Shown here piece by piece: positions 10,563 to 20,435 of a stretch of 64,000 nt of DNA. Every line of letters begins with the position of its first letter. The first letter of the stretch is position 1. The notes under the pieces were generated by a model that was given only the letters and a program-made list of their open reading frames with translations, did no database searches and was not told the origin of the DNA. The position numbers and the translations under genes are program-made. Source of the stretch: a virus; IMG/VR virus record IMGVR_UViG_3300030061_003198; one strand, 5' to 3'.

Positions 10563-13394
10563 TTACGGCCTTTTTAATGATTTATATGTTATTTCTGATC
10601 CTGATGGGATTGTTACTAAATATTTTATTGTTGTGTTTGATGTAGGAAGAAAATCCATATCATAACGAAGTCTTAATCCATTAATAAATACTTCTAGGTA
10701 TTCATATACAGATGATGAAACAAATGTTAAACTATCTGGCAATGGTACTGTCGCTCCTGATGATGTTATTTCGGTAACGTTATAATATTTAACTATTGGA
10801 TTAATTAATGGTAATGATTCGATATCAACATATGATGCAGTTACCGCATGAGACGATGTGATCGAATATGATGCCGTTAGGCTATTTGTTACGCCTTGTA
10901 CGCCAGTAATAGATCCTGTTACTAATAATGAACCAGTTATCTGTAGATCGTTTGTTGTCGCATAATATGACCCCGTTTGATGGAATATTCCAGAAGTTAT
11001 TCCTGTTAATTGTGAACCATCCCCTACAAAGTATGCTGCTGATGCTGTACTAGCAAATATTAAATCTCCTGTTGTTAATGATCCAGAAATTGCATGAATA
11101 ATTCCGTTTCCAATTCTAAGCTGGTTATTAAAGTTGGTACTATTAACACCCACATTTTCGTGACCTATTAAAATATTATAATCACCATAACGAAGATCGT
11201 GTCCTGCTTGATATCCAATTAATGTATTACCATCATTATCGGTAAAATATCTGCCAGCTTGATATCCTACTGCCACGTTATTAGTTGCTGATGTTAGCCC
11301 CCAATAGCTAGCAATACCTGCTCCTAAAAATACATTGTAGTTTGATGTGCTGCTATCACCACTATGTCCGGTACCAGTTTGATTACCAATATAAACATTA
11401 GCACTACCATTACCATATCGCCCATTATAAGCACCAATCAAGATACTACTATTTTGATCTCCAAACTCGCCAGTATAAGAACCTAAAAATATATTTTTTG
11501 ATTCTGTGTTAGTGTCTCTTCTACCAGCATGATATCCAATTGTAATATTATCATCTCCAGTAGTTAATCCTCGCGATGAGCTTTCACCCATTATAATGTT
11601 TCGTTCTCCTCCAGCTTCTAATGATCCTGCAGCACCTTTACCTATAATAATATTATCACCTTTTTGCGGAATAAAAGATCCTGATATTGTTAATGAACCA
11701 GTTATTTGAGTATCAGTGTTGATTTGTAATCCTTTATCAGGAGCAATTGATGCGGTAACGCTACCACTTGCAATTCTAGATAAGTTTAATCCAGTTATCC
11801 CTGATGCTGGTATATTAGTAATGCCAGAACCATTACCTACATAGCTACCACTAAAGCTTCCACTAAAAACACCATTTCCGCTTTGAGCAAATGAAGCAGT
11901 ATCAGCATAGCTGGAAGATACTTCTTTTATTATTTCATGGGATGAACTTATTGCATAAGATGCAGATACTGCGTATGATGATGAAATTATTCCTGTTAAT
12001 TGCGAACCATCACCTAAATAAGTTCCAAAGGATGATGTTGATGTTGTAGAGCCTGATATATTTCCAGAAAATATTGTTCTAGTATTATTTATATCTTGCC
12101 AATCCTCTGTATCATTCTTTCCTATTTTAACATACGCTGCGTTACCAGTACTTTTAATATGTGCCCAATTGACTTGTCCTAGACGAATACCAGCTGGTGT
12201 GCCACCACCGTTACTATAAAAATGTCCTATAGTATTACTAGTATTAGCAGTTAAAAACATTCCTCCAAAAGCCCCTGCTAATTTAACATGATATCCAGCA
12301 TCATTGTCAGCACCGGTAAGTGTAATCATTTGGTTAGAATGAATATATGATTGTTCATTATTTCCGCCGCCGTTGCCAGATCCAACTGCAGATAATTCTA
12401 ATGTTGCTTGAGACCCATCATCTCCACCTGTTAATACAATTCCAGCTCCTTCTGTATATACAGGCGTGCTATTTTCGACCGAATCATATATATGTAATCT
12501 CGTACGATCGTTGCTGCCTGATATTCTAATAGCATTTGTAGGAGCATTTGGTAAAAGAATATCTGAATTATGTGATCCGGATATTGTTAATGATCCTGTT
12601 ATCTTAGCATTTGTATTAACAATAAATCCTTTATCGGGAGCAATTGATGCAGTAGCTGATCCGGACGCAATTCTAGATAAATTTAATCCAGTTATACCAG
12701 ATGCTGGTATATTAGTAAGGCCGGAACCATTACCTTGAAAAGATCCAGAAAAAGAACCCGAAGCTACTCTCGCATCTGCAATATATATATTTCCTGCCAT
12801 CGGAGCATGTGCTGTACATTGATATTTTAGATGGGTTGGTCCGTCCATTGGCACATCAAATGATAAAAATCCTAATTGTACTCCGTTATTTATAATCCCT
12901 GTATTAAATGCACTACCTCCTAAATCTTGAATTTGGAACGGGTGAGCATTCATAGGATTATAAAATCTATATTTTTGTCCTCTAGTTAACTGTATATCTG
13001 GGTTTTGTTCTGTGCCATTTAAATCTCCAGGTCCGGTAAAGTAGTAATAGTTACTACCGCCGTCTGCTCCTAAAGTCCATGTTGACATATTAATATCAAA
13101 TGTTGTAATTGATCCAGATACATATAATGAACCAGTTAAATCAACATCTTGTTGTAACGGACTTATATATGATGCAGTGTCTGCAGTGTTAGCGTGAGAT
13201 GATGAAATTTCTTTTATTATTTCATGTGATGCTGATATTGCATATGAAGCTGTTATTGCATATGAAGCTGATATTGCAGGTATCCCGCCTCCAATATTTG
13301 ATAATAATGATCCATCGCCCTGAAAAGATCCAGAGAATGATCCAGATAATGATAAATCATTTCTAAATTGTTTGCTATTAAATAATCTTCCCAT
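10563..13394 (-). CDS. Fibre protein with cupredoxin-like domain, duplicated shaft modules and N-x-x-IG beta-roll repeats
   Basis: 943 aa; HPFQI...YQCTAHAPMAG; NIIIG/NITIG/NVAVG/NTLIG repeats; SGSFSGSF modules. Confidence 0.75.
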   Translation of the reverse strand: MGRLFNSKQFRNDLSLSGSFSGSFQGDGSLLSNIGGGIPAISASYAITASYAISASHEIIKEISSSHANTADTASYISPLQQDVDLTGSLYVSGSITTFDINMSTWTLGADGGSNYYYFTGPGDLNGTEQNPDIQLTRGQKYRFYNPMNAHPFQIQDLGGSAFNTGIINNGVQLGFLSFDVPMDGPTHLKYQCTAHAPMAGNIYIADARVASGSFSGSFQGNGSGLTNIPASGITGLNLSRIASGSATASIAPDKGFIVNTNAKITGSLTISGSHNSDILLPNAPTNAIRISGSNDRTRLHIYDSVENSTPVYTEGAGIVLTGGDDGSQATLELSAVGSGNGGGNNEQSYIHSNQMITLTGADNDAGYHVKLAGAFGGMFLTANTSNTIGHFYSNGGGTPAGIRLGQVNWAHIKSTGNAAYVKIGKNDTEDWQDINNTRTIFSGNISGSTTSTSSFGTYLGDGSQLTGIISSSYAVSASYAISSSHEIIKEVSSSYADTASFAQSGNGVFSGSFSGSYVGNGSGITNIPASGITGLNLSRIASGSVTASIAPDKGLQINTDTQITGSLTISGSFIPQKGDNIIIGKGAAGSLEAGGERNIIMGESSSRGLTTGDDNITIGYHAGRRDTNTESKNIFLGSYTGEFGDQNSSILIGAYNGRYGNGSANVYIGNQTGTGHSGDSSTSNYNVFLGAGIASYWGLTSATNNVAVGYQAGRYFTDNDGNTLIGYQAGHDLRYGDYNILIGHENVGVNSTNFNNQLRIGNGIIHAISGSLTTGDLIFASTASAAYFVGDGSQLTGITSGIFHQTGSYYATTNDLQITGSLLVTGSITGVQGVTNSLTASYSITSSHAVTASYVDIESLPLINPIVKYYNVTEITSSGATVPLPDSLTFVSSSVYEYLEVFINGLRLRYDMDFLPTSNTTIKYLVTIPSGSEITYKSLKRP

Positions 13395-14641
13395 TAACTA
13401 GTACTCCATCTACCATTAATTACAACTGTATCAGATGATGCAATTTCATATCCTAACGAACCGGTATTAAAGTCTAATGTCTGTACAGCCGATACTGAAG
13501 GTGTCCATTCATATAAATATTTATCGATATACTGTCCGTTTATATATACATCAAATTCATTTTTAGTAGCAGCTGCCGATGTTATTGGATTTAATGCTGC
13601 TGAACCTGTAACTGCAATAGTGTCTGCGTCTGAAAAAGATCCTGATATATCAGATAGTTCAGTTATGTATAGCATTGTTGCTGCATCGATAGTTCCGCCA
13701 CCGCCACCAGCACTACCGCCGTCATTTGATACTAATACAGCATTTCCAGAAATAATATTTTGTTTTTGTTCTAATAATTGTTGCGGTATAGTTGTACTAC
13801 CAAATAATATACTTGTATCTAAATCTATAATAGTATCCCAAGATAATATCTTTGTAGAAAATCTTTTTTGTAATGTAGACATTTTAAATTCTTGTTCCGA
13901 CAATAATGTCCCATTAACTGTTAATGGTACCGTACATCTAACAATTCGATCGTCGCCAACCGTATTAACTGTTTCGAAACTCAAAGTTCGTATATATGTT
14001 TTATATTTGTTAAATTCATTGCCCCATGCAAATGTTCCAAATGGCATAATTTGTTCTACAATTGTATTCATTTGTGTAGTGAAATCAGTCCATATTAATA
14101 ATTCATATTCTAAATCAACATATTCTGGCACGTTAATTGTATAAATTTCATCGCTCTCTTTTGGTTGGGTATTAAATACTGGGTTGACATCGTCTTCATA
14201 TCTATTTCGTTTATTGTATTTCTTTTTATAAAATAATACATTTCCGGCCGCTGCTCTATTAATATCTAGTTTTCTTAACTGGTCTCTTTCTGCTAATGAA
14301 TTTCTTTTTATAACTATGATAGGCGACTGCAACATTCCCTTTTCATCACGTAAATATCCTAGTCTTCTTACATTATCCCATTTTTCACCATTTGCAAAAA
14401 TTACAGGAACATTTATTAATTCTCCATTTGCTTCAACTTGTGGCTGTATTTCATTATCTAAAAACCATTTTATTGCATAATCAATATCATATACGGTACG
14501 TTTTGGCGTTCGTACAACATCATCATCTCTTCGAACTTGATTAGCACGATTTAAAATTGGGTCAGGGCGTGTAGATTCTGAATTTTTTAACTCTGGCTTA
14601 TTTGTTTTTCTATCGATATTTTGTATACGGTATCTAGGCAT
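13394..14641 (-). CDS. gp15: Tail completion/sheath stabiliser (T4 gp15-like) with C-terminal extension
   Basis: VPVIFANGEKW, LQSPIIVIKR, VPEYVDLEYELLIWT..QMNTIVEQI motifs; follows gp13/gp14-like genes. Confidence 0.75.
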   Translation of the reverse strand: MPRYRIQNIDRKTNKPELKNSESTRPDPILNRANQVRRDDDVVRTPKRTVYDIDYAIKWFLDNEIQPQVEANGELINVPVIFANGEKWDNVRRLGYLRDEKGMLQSPIIVIKRNSLAERDQLRKLDINRAAAGNVLFYKKKYNKRNRYEDDVNPVFNTQPKESDEIYTINVPEYVDLEYELLIWTDFTTQMNTIVEQIMPFGTFAWGNEFNKYKTYIRTLSFETVNTVGDDRIVRCTVPLTVNGTLLSEQEFKMSTLQKRFSTKILSWDTIIDLDTSILFGSTTIPQQLLEQKQNIISGNAVLVSNDGGSAGGGGGTIDAATMLYITELSDISGSFSDADTIAVTGSAALNPITSAAATKNEFDVYINGQYIDKYLYEWTPSVSAVQTLDFNTGSLGYEIASSDTVVINGRWSTS

Positions 14642-15165
14642 TAACCAAATCCTTTATATGAATTATCATCATTTGGAGATCCAAATCTCATTTTTCTAAT
14701 ATTAGTAGGGGTTTGTCTTGTTACATGAGCATCACATAAAACAGATACACTATATCCAAATTTATCGCCATTTGGCCAAGTTTCTGGATTCTTTCCTGCA
14801 AAATATTCATTTGCATCTACATTATCTAATTCATAAAATTCATTATCCCATTTTACAATATCTCCAGATTCTGGATAGAAATCTGCTTTTACTAATATAT
14901 CTCTAGATATTCCAAATTGAGCCGTACGTGTATATGAATGTCCATAATCATCCATATTAGAAGTTTTTCCTTCTTTTGTAATTAACGCTGGTATTAGTAT
15001 TGAATTAAAATATGATTTAGATGTAGATTCGCCATATATATTTGAATTGGATTGTTCAACAACCAATTTAAAAAATTCTATTTCTGTATCTACTATTGCA
15101 TTTAATAATTCTGCATTAATAGATGCTAGAAATTTTGCGTCTCTTTGAGTTCCAAATAAAGCCAT
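14641..15165 (-). CDS. gp14: Neck/head closure protein (T4 gp14-like)
   Basis: SNIYGES..K, P.SGDIVKW..EFYEL..V motifs; synteny. Confidence 0.7.
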   Translation of the reverse strand: MALFGTQRDAKFLASINAELLNAIVDTEIEFFKLVVEQSNSNIYGESTSKSYFNSILIPALITKEGKTSNMDDYGHSYTRTAQFGISRDILVKADFYPESGDIVKWDNEFYELDNVDANEYFAGKNPETWPNGDKFGYSVSVLCDAHVTRQTPTNIRKMRFGSPNDDNSYKGFG

Positions 15166-15166
15166 A

Positions 15167-16390
15167 TTATCCTATATAAATTTTTGTTGGTACCTTTGAC
15201 AAAATTTCATTCATTGCATCGTTTTCTGCTTGTTGTCTTGTCATCATACTTTCTTTAGTCATTTTTTCTAAAAATTCTCGTAATTGAGTAATCAATGTTT
15301 CTTTTTCTGTTTGCCCTTGTGATACTAAATCTGATCCGTTTAATGTTACTTCTGAATTTGGAATTGGTATTGAAGAATATTTTCCTCTTACATATCCTAA
15401 CATTTCTTTTACTAACGAAGCTCCGTAACGATATATCCAAGCTCTGCCCATATCATTAATTTTAGAATATTTTTGATATTTATACGGAATATTTGACGCA
15501 TCACTTACTACACTATTCATAACTGCAGTATTTCCGAATAACAACGCATCTTTAACTTTATCTTCTTCGAATAAAAATTCAAACCAAACTGTTTTAAAAT
15601 ATGGTGTTGCTGCAGTTCCTTGAGTGCCTGGTACTGGAAATAATTTTATATCATCTCCGTGTAGTTCAAAAGAAAAATGTGATTTTCTAATTTGATCATT
15701 GAATTCAATTGATTGTATTCTTAATAGATCTTGATGTATTGGCATCATCATGAAATTAACAGATGGTGAAAAGCCACCAAAGTCAAATGAATCCAATAAT
15801 TGTTGTGAACCTAAACCTGTACCAACAAAAGGATCAAAATATCTAACAATTGCTGGAGGAACGTGATGTAATACTCTTTTAATTTCTATTGAACTACTAT
15901 TTGTTAATTCAATTCCCAATGATTTAGATACTGCAGTACGTATACTATATGATTGCTGGCCTGGCTTAATATCTATAGAAGCAGAATACCATTTTACATT
16001 TCCTCCAGAATCTGCTTCAGTTCCATATGCTTTTGAAAGTTTTGTTATATAAGATAATGAGCTTCCTATTAATGTATCTGAAAATCCGGAATCATTTAAG
16101 AAACTAGAGCCGGTATTAATGCCTAATGTATTTAATAAATTATTTGTAATATTAACTTGATTAACTTGATTAGAATATTCAATTACTGCTGATTCGAATG
16201 CATTATAAAAATTTATGTCTAATAATTCAACATCCATTATTGGATATCCAACATTTTGAGCTGCATGGTTTGCAAAACTATCTGCTTGTTGCTGAAACAT
16301 TACGTCATTATCAAAAAATCCAAATGGAGTTTTTCCTACACTAAATGACGAACTTCCGGGCCATATGGGTTTATTTTCACTATAATCCAT
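15167..16390 (-). CDS. gp13: Neck protein/head-tail adaptor (T4 gp13-like)
   Basis: GYPIMDVEL and RGKYSSIPIP..VTLNG..L...GQTEKE.L motifs. Confidence 0.8.
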   Translation of the reverse strand: MDYSENKPIWPGSSSFSVGKTPFGFFDNDVMFQQQADSFANHAAQNVGYPIMDVELLDINFYNAFESAVIEYSNQVNQVNITNNLLNTLGINTGSSFLNDSGFSDTLIGSSLSYITKLSKAYGTEADSGGNVKWYSASIDIKPGQQSYSIRTAVSKSLGIELTNSSSIEIKRVLHHVPPAIVRYFDPFVGTGLGSQQLLDSFDFGGFSPSVNFMMMPIHQDLLRIQSIEFNDQIRKSHFSFELHGDDIKLFPVPGTQGTAATPYFKTVWFEFLFEEDKVKDALLFGNTAVMNSVVSDASNIPYKYQKYSKINDMGRAWIYRYGASLVKEMLGYVRGKYSSIPIPNSEVTLNGSDLVSQGQTEKETLITQLREFLEKMTKESMMTRQQAENDAMNEILSKVPTKIYIG

Positions 16391-16408
16391 GTTGTAATTG
16401 CCTTTTTT

Positions 16409-16417
16409 TATAAATAT
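16409..16417 (-). promoter_or_regulatory. Putative late promoter motif ATATTTATA
   Basis: Recurrent motif upstream of gp13-like gene. Confidence 0.6.
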
Positions 16418-16692
16418 TAATTAAGTTTTGTTAAAGTAGTTTCTAGCAATTGCATTTGTTCTAATGTTTCAATTTTACCAACGCACATCTTTCTAATTGC
16501 ATGAAATGATTTTTTTGCAGGATATGGGGTCATAATTTTAACTGTTATTAATTCTGCTCCCTTTCCTAAGTCTTGTTCTATATGAACCATTAAAACCATT
16601 CGTATTGCTCGTATACGATCTAAACAATCAACAAGATTGCCTTTATAACGAATTCTCATCTGCATTGAATATTTTACTCTTGGGACTGCCAT
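16417..16692 (-). CDS. Hypothetical protein
   Basis: 91 aa ORF with its own upstream motif. Confidence 0.65.
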   Translation of the reverse strand: MAVPRVKYSMQMRIRYKGNLVDCLDRIRAIRMVLMVHIEQDLGKGAELITVKIMTPYPAKKSFHAIRKMCVGKIETLEQMQLLETTLTKLN

Positions 16693-16710
16693 GATTACTA
16701 TTTCTTTTTA

Positions 16711-16719
16711 TATAAATAT
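16711..16719 (-). promoter_or_regulatory. Putative late promoter motif ATATTTATA
   Basis: Recurrent motif just downstream of the capsid terminator. Confidence 0.6.
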
Positions 16720-16720
16720 C

Positions 16721-16755
16721 AAAACAGTAAGAAAGGGATGAAAAAATCATCCCTT
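16721..16755 (-). terminator. Intrinsic terminator after major capsid gene
   Basis: Stem aagggatga/tcatccctt (16733-16741/16747-16755) followed on minus strand by TCTTACTGTTTT. Confidence 0.75.
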
Positions 16756-16807
16756 CCAAACTCAATCGTTAATTTGTTAATTAATAAATTTTAAATTTAG
16801 TTAATTA

Positions 16808-18496
16808 TTAAATTTGATCTACACCTGATACATATACTTTTCCGTAGAATTCCGGTCTTACAACTTTCTTCGCATAACGAGTCATAACGCCTTTTCTAGG
16901 AGTAAAGTTAACAGGATCGTACACTAATGGAGTCATGATAAGTGGCACGTATGGAGAATAAACTGCTCCTGTTTCAAGGAACTGCGCTCCTCTATATCCC
17001 ATAAGGATTACGTTTTCTTTCATGTATGGGTTCTTATAAACTGTGTATCTATTATTAATAGCACCAATTTTTTGAACACCAGCGGCAAATTCCATTTTGT
17101 TACCATCTGTGTCTGCAGCAAATCCTGGAATAGATTCTAAGATAGTTGCTACTTGTGGAGATGTAACTAAGAAATTCGCTCCACCCCTTAGGGTTTTTTG
17201 ATGAATTGCATTAGATACTTTTTGAAGTTTAGTACCAAGTGTCTGGAACCATTCTCCTTGAGTATTGTAATACCCTCCACCAGATACGTCTTTACCAACA
17301 AATGCTGTTTTTGACGCATTAATGAATTGATTAGATATTGCTGACCAATACTCAGTAGTTGGAGCAGCGTTAATTAACATATCTAATATTTCAAGATCAA
17401 TTTCCATTGATACATATTCACTTAACATTGAAGTTAATTCAGCTTCAGCGTCAATTGAGTGGTATGCATTTAAATCTTGCGCAAATTCAGGTGTCCATAC
17501 AGCCTTTAACTTTCTAGTCTTAGCTACAATTGCATCTGATTGCATTTCAAGATTTACTTCTGGAATGTCAATATCAGTACCATTATCGATACCAGTATTT
17601 ACGCCAGATCCAGCAAATGGATTCGTGTCTTCAAAATCACCTCTAGTAACATCAGTAGGTTGTTTGCTATATGCTACTGCATATGGTCCTGTTACGCCTA
17701 ATGCTGCGCCTGATCCTGTAATTACAAATTCAAGATTACCACCACTTAATTTTGTAAATGCTGGATATTGTGTGAATGTTGTTTGTCCTGCTACGTGGAA
17801 GGATCCTGATGATAATACAAATGATCTAACTGCAGTGTCATCAAATCCTGCGATTGATGCAGTTGGTACAGCTAATACTTTAAATTGTGCTAAGTCACCA
17901 TTGTTAACTGATGCTCTTCCGGCAGTAAATAAAGTATCAAAATTAACAGATGCTGATGTAGCAGCTGAGATTGTACATGCGCCATTTGCAGTTGAAGCTG
18001 TTGCTTCGTTAATTGAGTAAGCAAATCTACCAGCGCCATAAAGACCGCCTGATGCATCTGCAGCGTCTGATGTAACACCAAACATTGAGTTATTAGCATC
18101 TGGAGACCCATAAGGTATTGGGTTAGATGTACCGCCAGTATTTGAAAATCCTGGTTGTGCTGTACCATATTTAAAATCTAAATAAAATACTAGTCCTGAT
18201 GGTAGATTCATTGGTTGTACAGAAACAAATTCTTTTGCTGCAAATTCAGCAAAGATTCTTCTTACCAATGGAAGAGCTACACCAGACCATTCTTCAGAAT
18301 TAGCTGCAGTACCTGTTGCAGATGCTTCTTTAACCAATTGTCTAGCTTGGTTTTCAAGAAGTTGAGCCATTCCTGATCTTTCGGTCTCACTTTTGAGGCC
18401 TTCTAATAATCCTGTCCTTTCCCATTTTGATACTAACCCTTTGGCAGCATTTCTTTGGGATGGATTTGGATCATTTAATAATGATGAAATTTCCAT
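16808..18496 (-). CDS. gp23: Major capsid protein (T4 gp23 family)
   Basis: LPLVRR, VQPMNLPSGLVFYL, KTRKLKAVWTPEFAQDL.AYH.IDAEAEL, YSPYVPL, FTPRKGVMTRY. Confidence 0.97.
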   Translation of the reverse strand: MEISSLLNDPNPSQRNAAKGLVSKWERTGLLEGLKSETERSGMAQLLENQARQLVKEASATGTAANSEEWSGVALPLVRRIFAEFAAKEFVSVQPMNLPSGLVFYLDFKYGTAQPGFSNTGGTSNPIPYGSPDANNSMFGVTSDAADASGGLYGAGRFAYSINEATASTANGACTISAATSASVNFDTLFTAGRASVNNGDLAQFKVLAVPTASIAGFDDTAVRSFVLSSGSFHVAGQTTFTQYPAFTKLSGGNLEFVITGSGAALGVTGPYAVAYSKQPTDVTRGDFEDTNPFAGSGVNTGIDNGTDIDIPEVNLEMQSDAIVAKTRKLKAVWTPEFAQDLNAYHSIDAEAELTSMLSEYVSMEIDLEILDMLINAAPTTEYWSAISNQFINASKTAFVGKDVSGGGYYNTQGEWFQTLGTKLQKVSNAIHQKTLRGGANFLVTSPQVATILESIPGFAADTDGNKMEFAAGVQKIGAINNRYTVYKNPYMKENVILMGYRGAQFLETGAVYSPYVPLIMTPLVYDPVNFTPRKGVMTRYAKKVVRPEFYGKVYVSGVDQI

Positions 18497-18513
18497 AATT
18501 TCTTTTTCCTTTT

Positions 18514-19572
18514 TTAATCAAGCAATCCAGCTAATTTTTTCCATCTATTAGCTAATTCATTGCCTTCGTTAATTATTTTTTTAGTTGTCGCACTAGGAGC
18601 AGTTGTCCCAGCTGGTTTAGAAGCGATTCCTTCTCTTACAATTTTCTTGCGCTTTTTGACCGGTACATGAAAACTTTCTGCTAATGTACTAAATACTAAT
18701 TTTACTTCTCTTGTATTACCAGCTCTATCAAAATTTTCAATTACTTTCATTTTTTGATTTTCGTCTAATTCAAAGCTTCTAAATAATTTATTAGTATATA
18801 ATAATTTTGCATTTAAAAGATTAACTTCGTTAATTGTGTCTCTTAAAGATTCGATGGTGTCATAAGCTTCTGTAAGTTCTTCTTCAAGTTTTTCTTCTTC
18901 TTTTGACCCTCTACCTTCTTTAGGATTTGAATGTTCATCACTAGGATCTTCATCCTCATCTTTTACCATTCCTCTACCTTCAGTTGGCATTTCTTTTTCA
19001 TCGTCATCTTCTGAAAGAATTGATTCAATGATTTCATCGATGTTGATTTCGTCTTGATCTTCTTCCCCTTCGGTAGTCAAATCTTGTTCTGCTTCAGCAT
19101 CCATTTCATCTTCTTCATTCAAGTCTTCTTCTAATTCACGAATAATTTCTTCTAACTCTAGATCTTCATTGTACATGTCGTCTTCGCCAGCGGCTAATGC
19201 CATTGGATCCATCTCTGGTTCCATTTCTGGTTCTGCTTCTGATGGTACTTCTATTTCTGCTTCGGCATCCATTCCGCCGGCATCCATATCCATATCATCA
19301 CCCATTCCGCTCATATCTAAATCATCGTCAGACGGCATTTCTGCGCCTGTTTCATCATCTTGATACATTACTTCATGTTCTTCAACTGGAGCTTCTGGAG
19401 CCATCATTTCTTCTTCGGCTTCCATTTCTTCTTCAGCTAATTTTGCAGATAACATACTTTGTATTCTAGGAGCAAAAGCTTCTTCTAATGCAATCTTTGC
19501 GTTGGCTAATGCAGTTTCTTTAACAGCTTTAGCATCCGCGATTGCTTCTTTAAGCAAATCTGATTTTGCCAT
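18514..19572 (-). CDS. gp22: Prohead core scaffolding protein (gp22-like)
   Basis: Acidic coiled coil with many LxE sites, NLLNAKLLY motif, C-terminal RWKKLAGL; directly upstream of capsid gene; SD AAGGAG. Confidence 0.85.
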   Translation of the reverse strand: MAKSDLLKEAIADAKAVKETALANAKIALEEAFAPRIQSMLSAKLAEEEMEAEEEMMAPEAPVEEHEVMYQDDETGAEMPSDDDLDMSGMGDDMDMDAGGMDAEAEIEVPSEAEPEMEPEMDPMALAAGEDDMYNEDLELEEIIRELEEDLNEEDEMDAEAEQDLTTEGEEDQDEINIDEIIESILSEDDDEKEMPTEGRGMVKDEDEDPSDEHSNPKEGRGSKEEEKLEEELTEAYDTIESLRDTINEVNLLNAKLLYTNKLFRSFELDENQKMKVIENFDRAGNTREVKLVFSTLAESFHVPVKKRKKIVREGIASKPAGTTAPSATTKKIINEGNELANRWKKLAGLLD

Positions 19573-19672
19573 TTTTGTTTCTCCTTAAATTTATTTTGGA
19601 AATAAGATTATTATGAATCTTAATAGAATAATTAATTGTAGTGACGTTATATAAGATCGATAACGTATTTAC

Positions 19673-19681
19673 AATAAATAT
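19673..19681 (-). promoter_or_regulatory. Putative late promoter motif ATATTTATT for scaffold-capsid operon
   Basis: Recurrent motif about 100 nt upstream of scaffold ATG. Confidence 0.6.
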
Positions 19682-19693
19682 AGACCAATTACA

Positions 19694-19729
19694 AAAACAG
19701 TAAAAAAGCCCTAACATTTCTGCTAGGGC
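19694..19729 (-). terminator. Intrinsic terminator after bS21 gene
   Basis: Minus strand GCCCTAGCA-GAAA-TGTTAGGGC-TTTTTTACTGTTTTT. Confidence 0.85.
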
Positions 19730-19754
19730 CTTATATAATTTAAATATGTGCTAT

Positions 19755-19994
19755 TTAATATTGTTCTTCCATCGATCTTATCTGTTGTATGTAAATTGCT
19801 TTTATTTTTTGTTGTCGTTTACTTACACTAGGTTTTATATATTCTCGATTTTCTTTAAGATCATTTAAAATATCAGATGTTTTTAGCTTTCGTTTCCAAA
19901 TTCGCAATGCAAAATTAATATCACGGTTAACTACTTTTGCTCCTGTTGCATGTCCTGGAATAACTGATTGGTGGTGTTTTTGTTTTTTATTCAT
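19755..19994 (-). CDS. rpsU: Phage-encoded 30S ribosomal protein bS21
   Basis: DINFALRIWKRK...REYIKPSVSKR...KAIYIQ matches the bS21 signature (ALxxFKRK, xKPSxxxR). Confidence 0.9.
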   Translation of the reverse strand: MNKKQKHHQSVIPGHATGAKVVNRDINFALRIWKRKLKTSDILNDLKENREYIKPSVSKRQQKIKAIYIQQIRSMEEQY

Positions 19995-20004
19995 GTATAA
20001 CTTA

Positions 20005-20424
20005 TTATGGTGTTTGTATATTTGGGTTTTTTTGTACTGGCCTAGGGGCTTCTACAGGAGCTTCTGTAGGACTAGGTTGTTTAAGTGTGGTAAATTTAAA
20101 TTTTTCAACTTCTGGTAATTGACTTATAAAGCCTTGAATTCTTTGTGATTCTTTGCCTGGATCTTCTCCGAGTCTAAAATAAAAAAATCCTTTTCCTGCA
20201 GCATCATCAAATTTTGTTTTTATAATATGCATTTTCTTTTTTGCAGCAAATTGTGTAATATCTTGTTTAACATCTAAAGCTGTTGCCGGGTCTATTAATT
20301 TATATAATACACCTCCACGATAGTCAGATATTTTATTTAATAAATCTGCTTCTTCTAATTCTGATGATTCGGTTACTGTAGTTATACCGAAAAATTTTCT
20401 ATACATATCATTTAAATTTGACAT
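20005..20424 (-). CDS. Hypothetical protein
   Basis: 139 aa, SD-like AAGGT, preceded by a sigma70-like promoter. Confidence 0.7.
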   Translation of the reverse strand: MSNLNDMYRKFFGITTVTESSELEEADLLNKISDYRGGVLYKLIDPATALDVKQDITQFAAKKKMHIIKTKFDDAAGKGFFYFRLGEDPGKESQRIQGFISQLPEVEKFKFTTLKQPSPTEAPVEAPRPVQKNPNIQTP

Positions 20425-20435
20425 TACTTACCTTT

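Noticed and set aside
11677-12765. Duplicated segment as a diversity-generating retroelement TR/VR pair
   Set aside because: Both copies are in-frame coding, differences look mostly synonymous rather than adenine-specific, and there is no reverse transcriptase in the window
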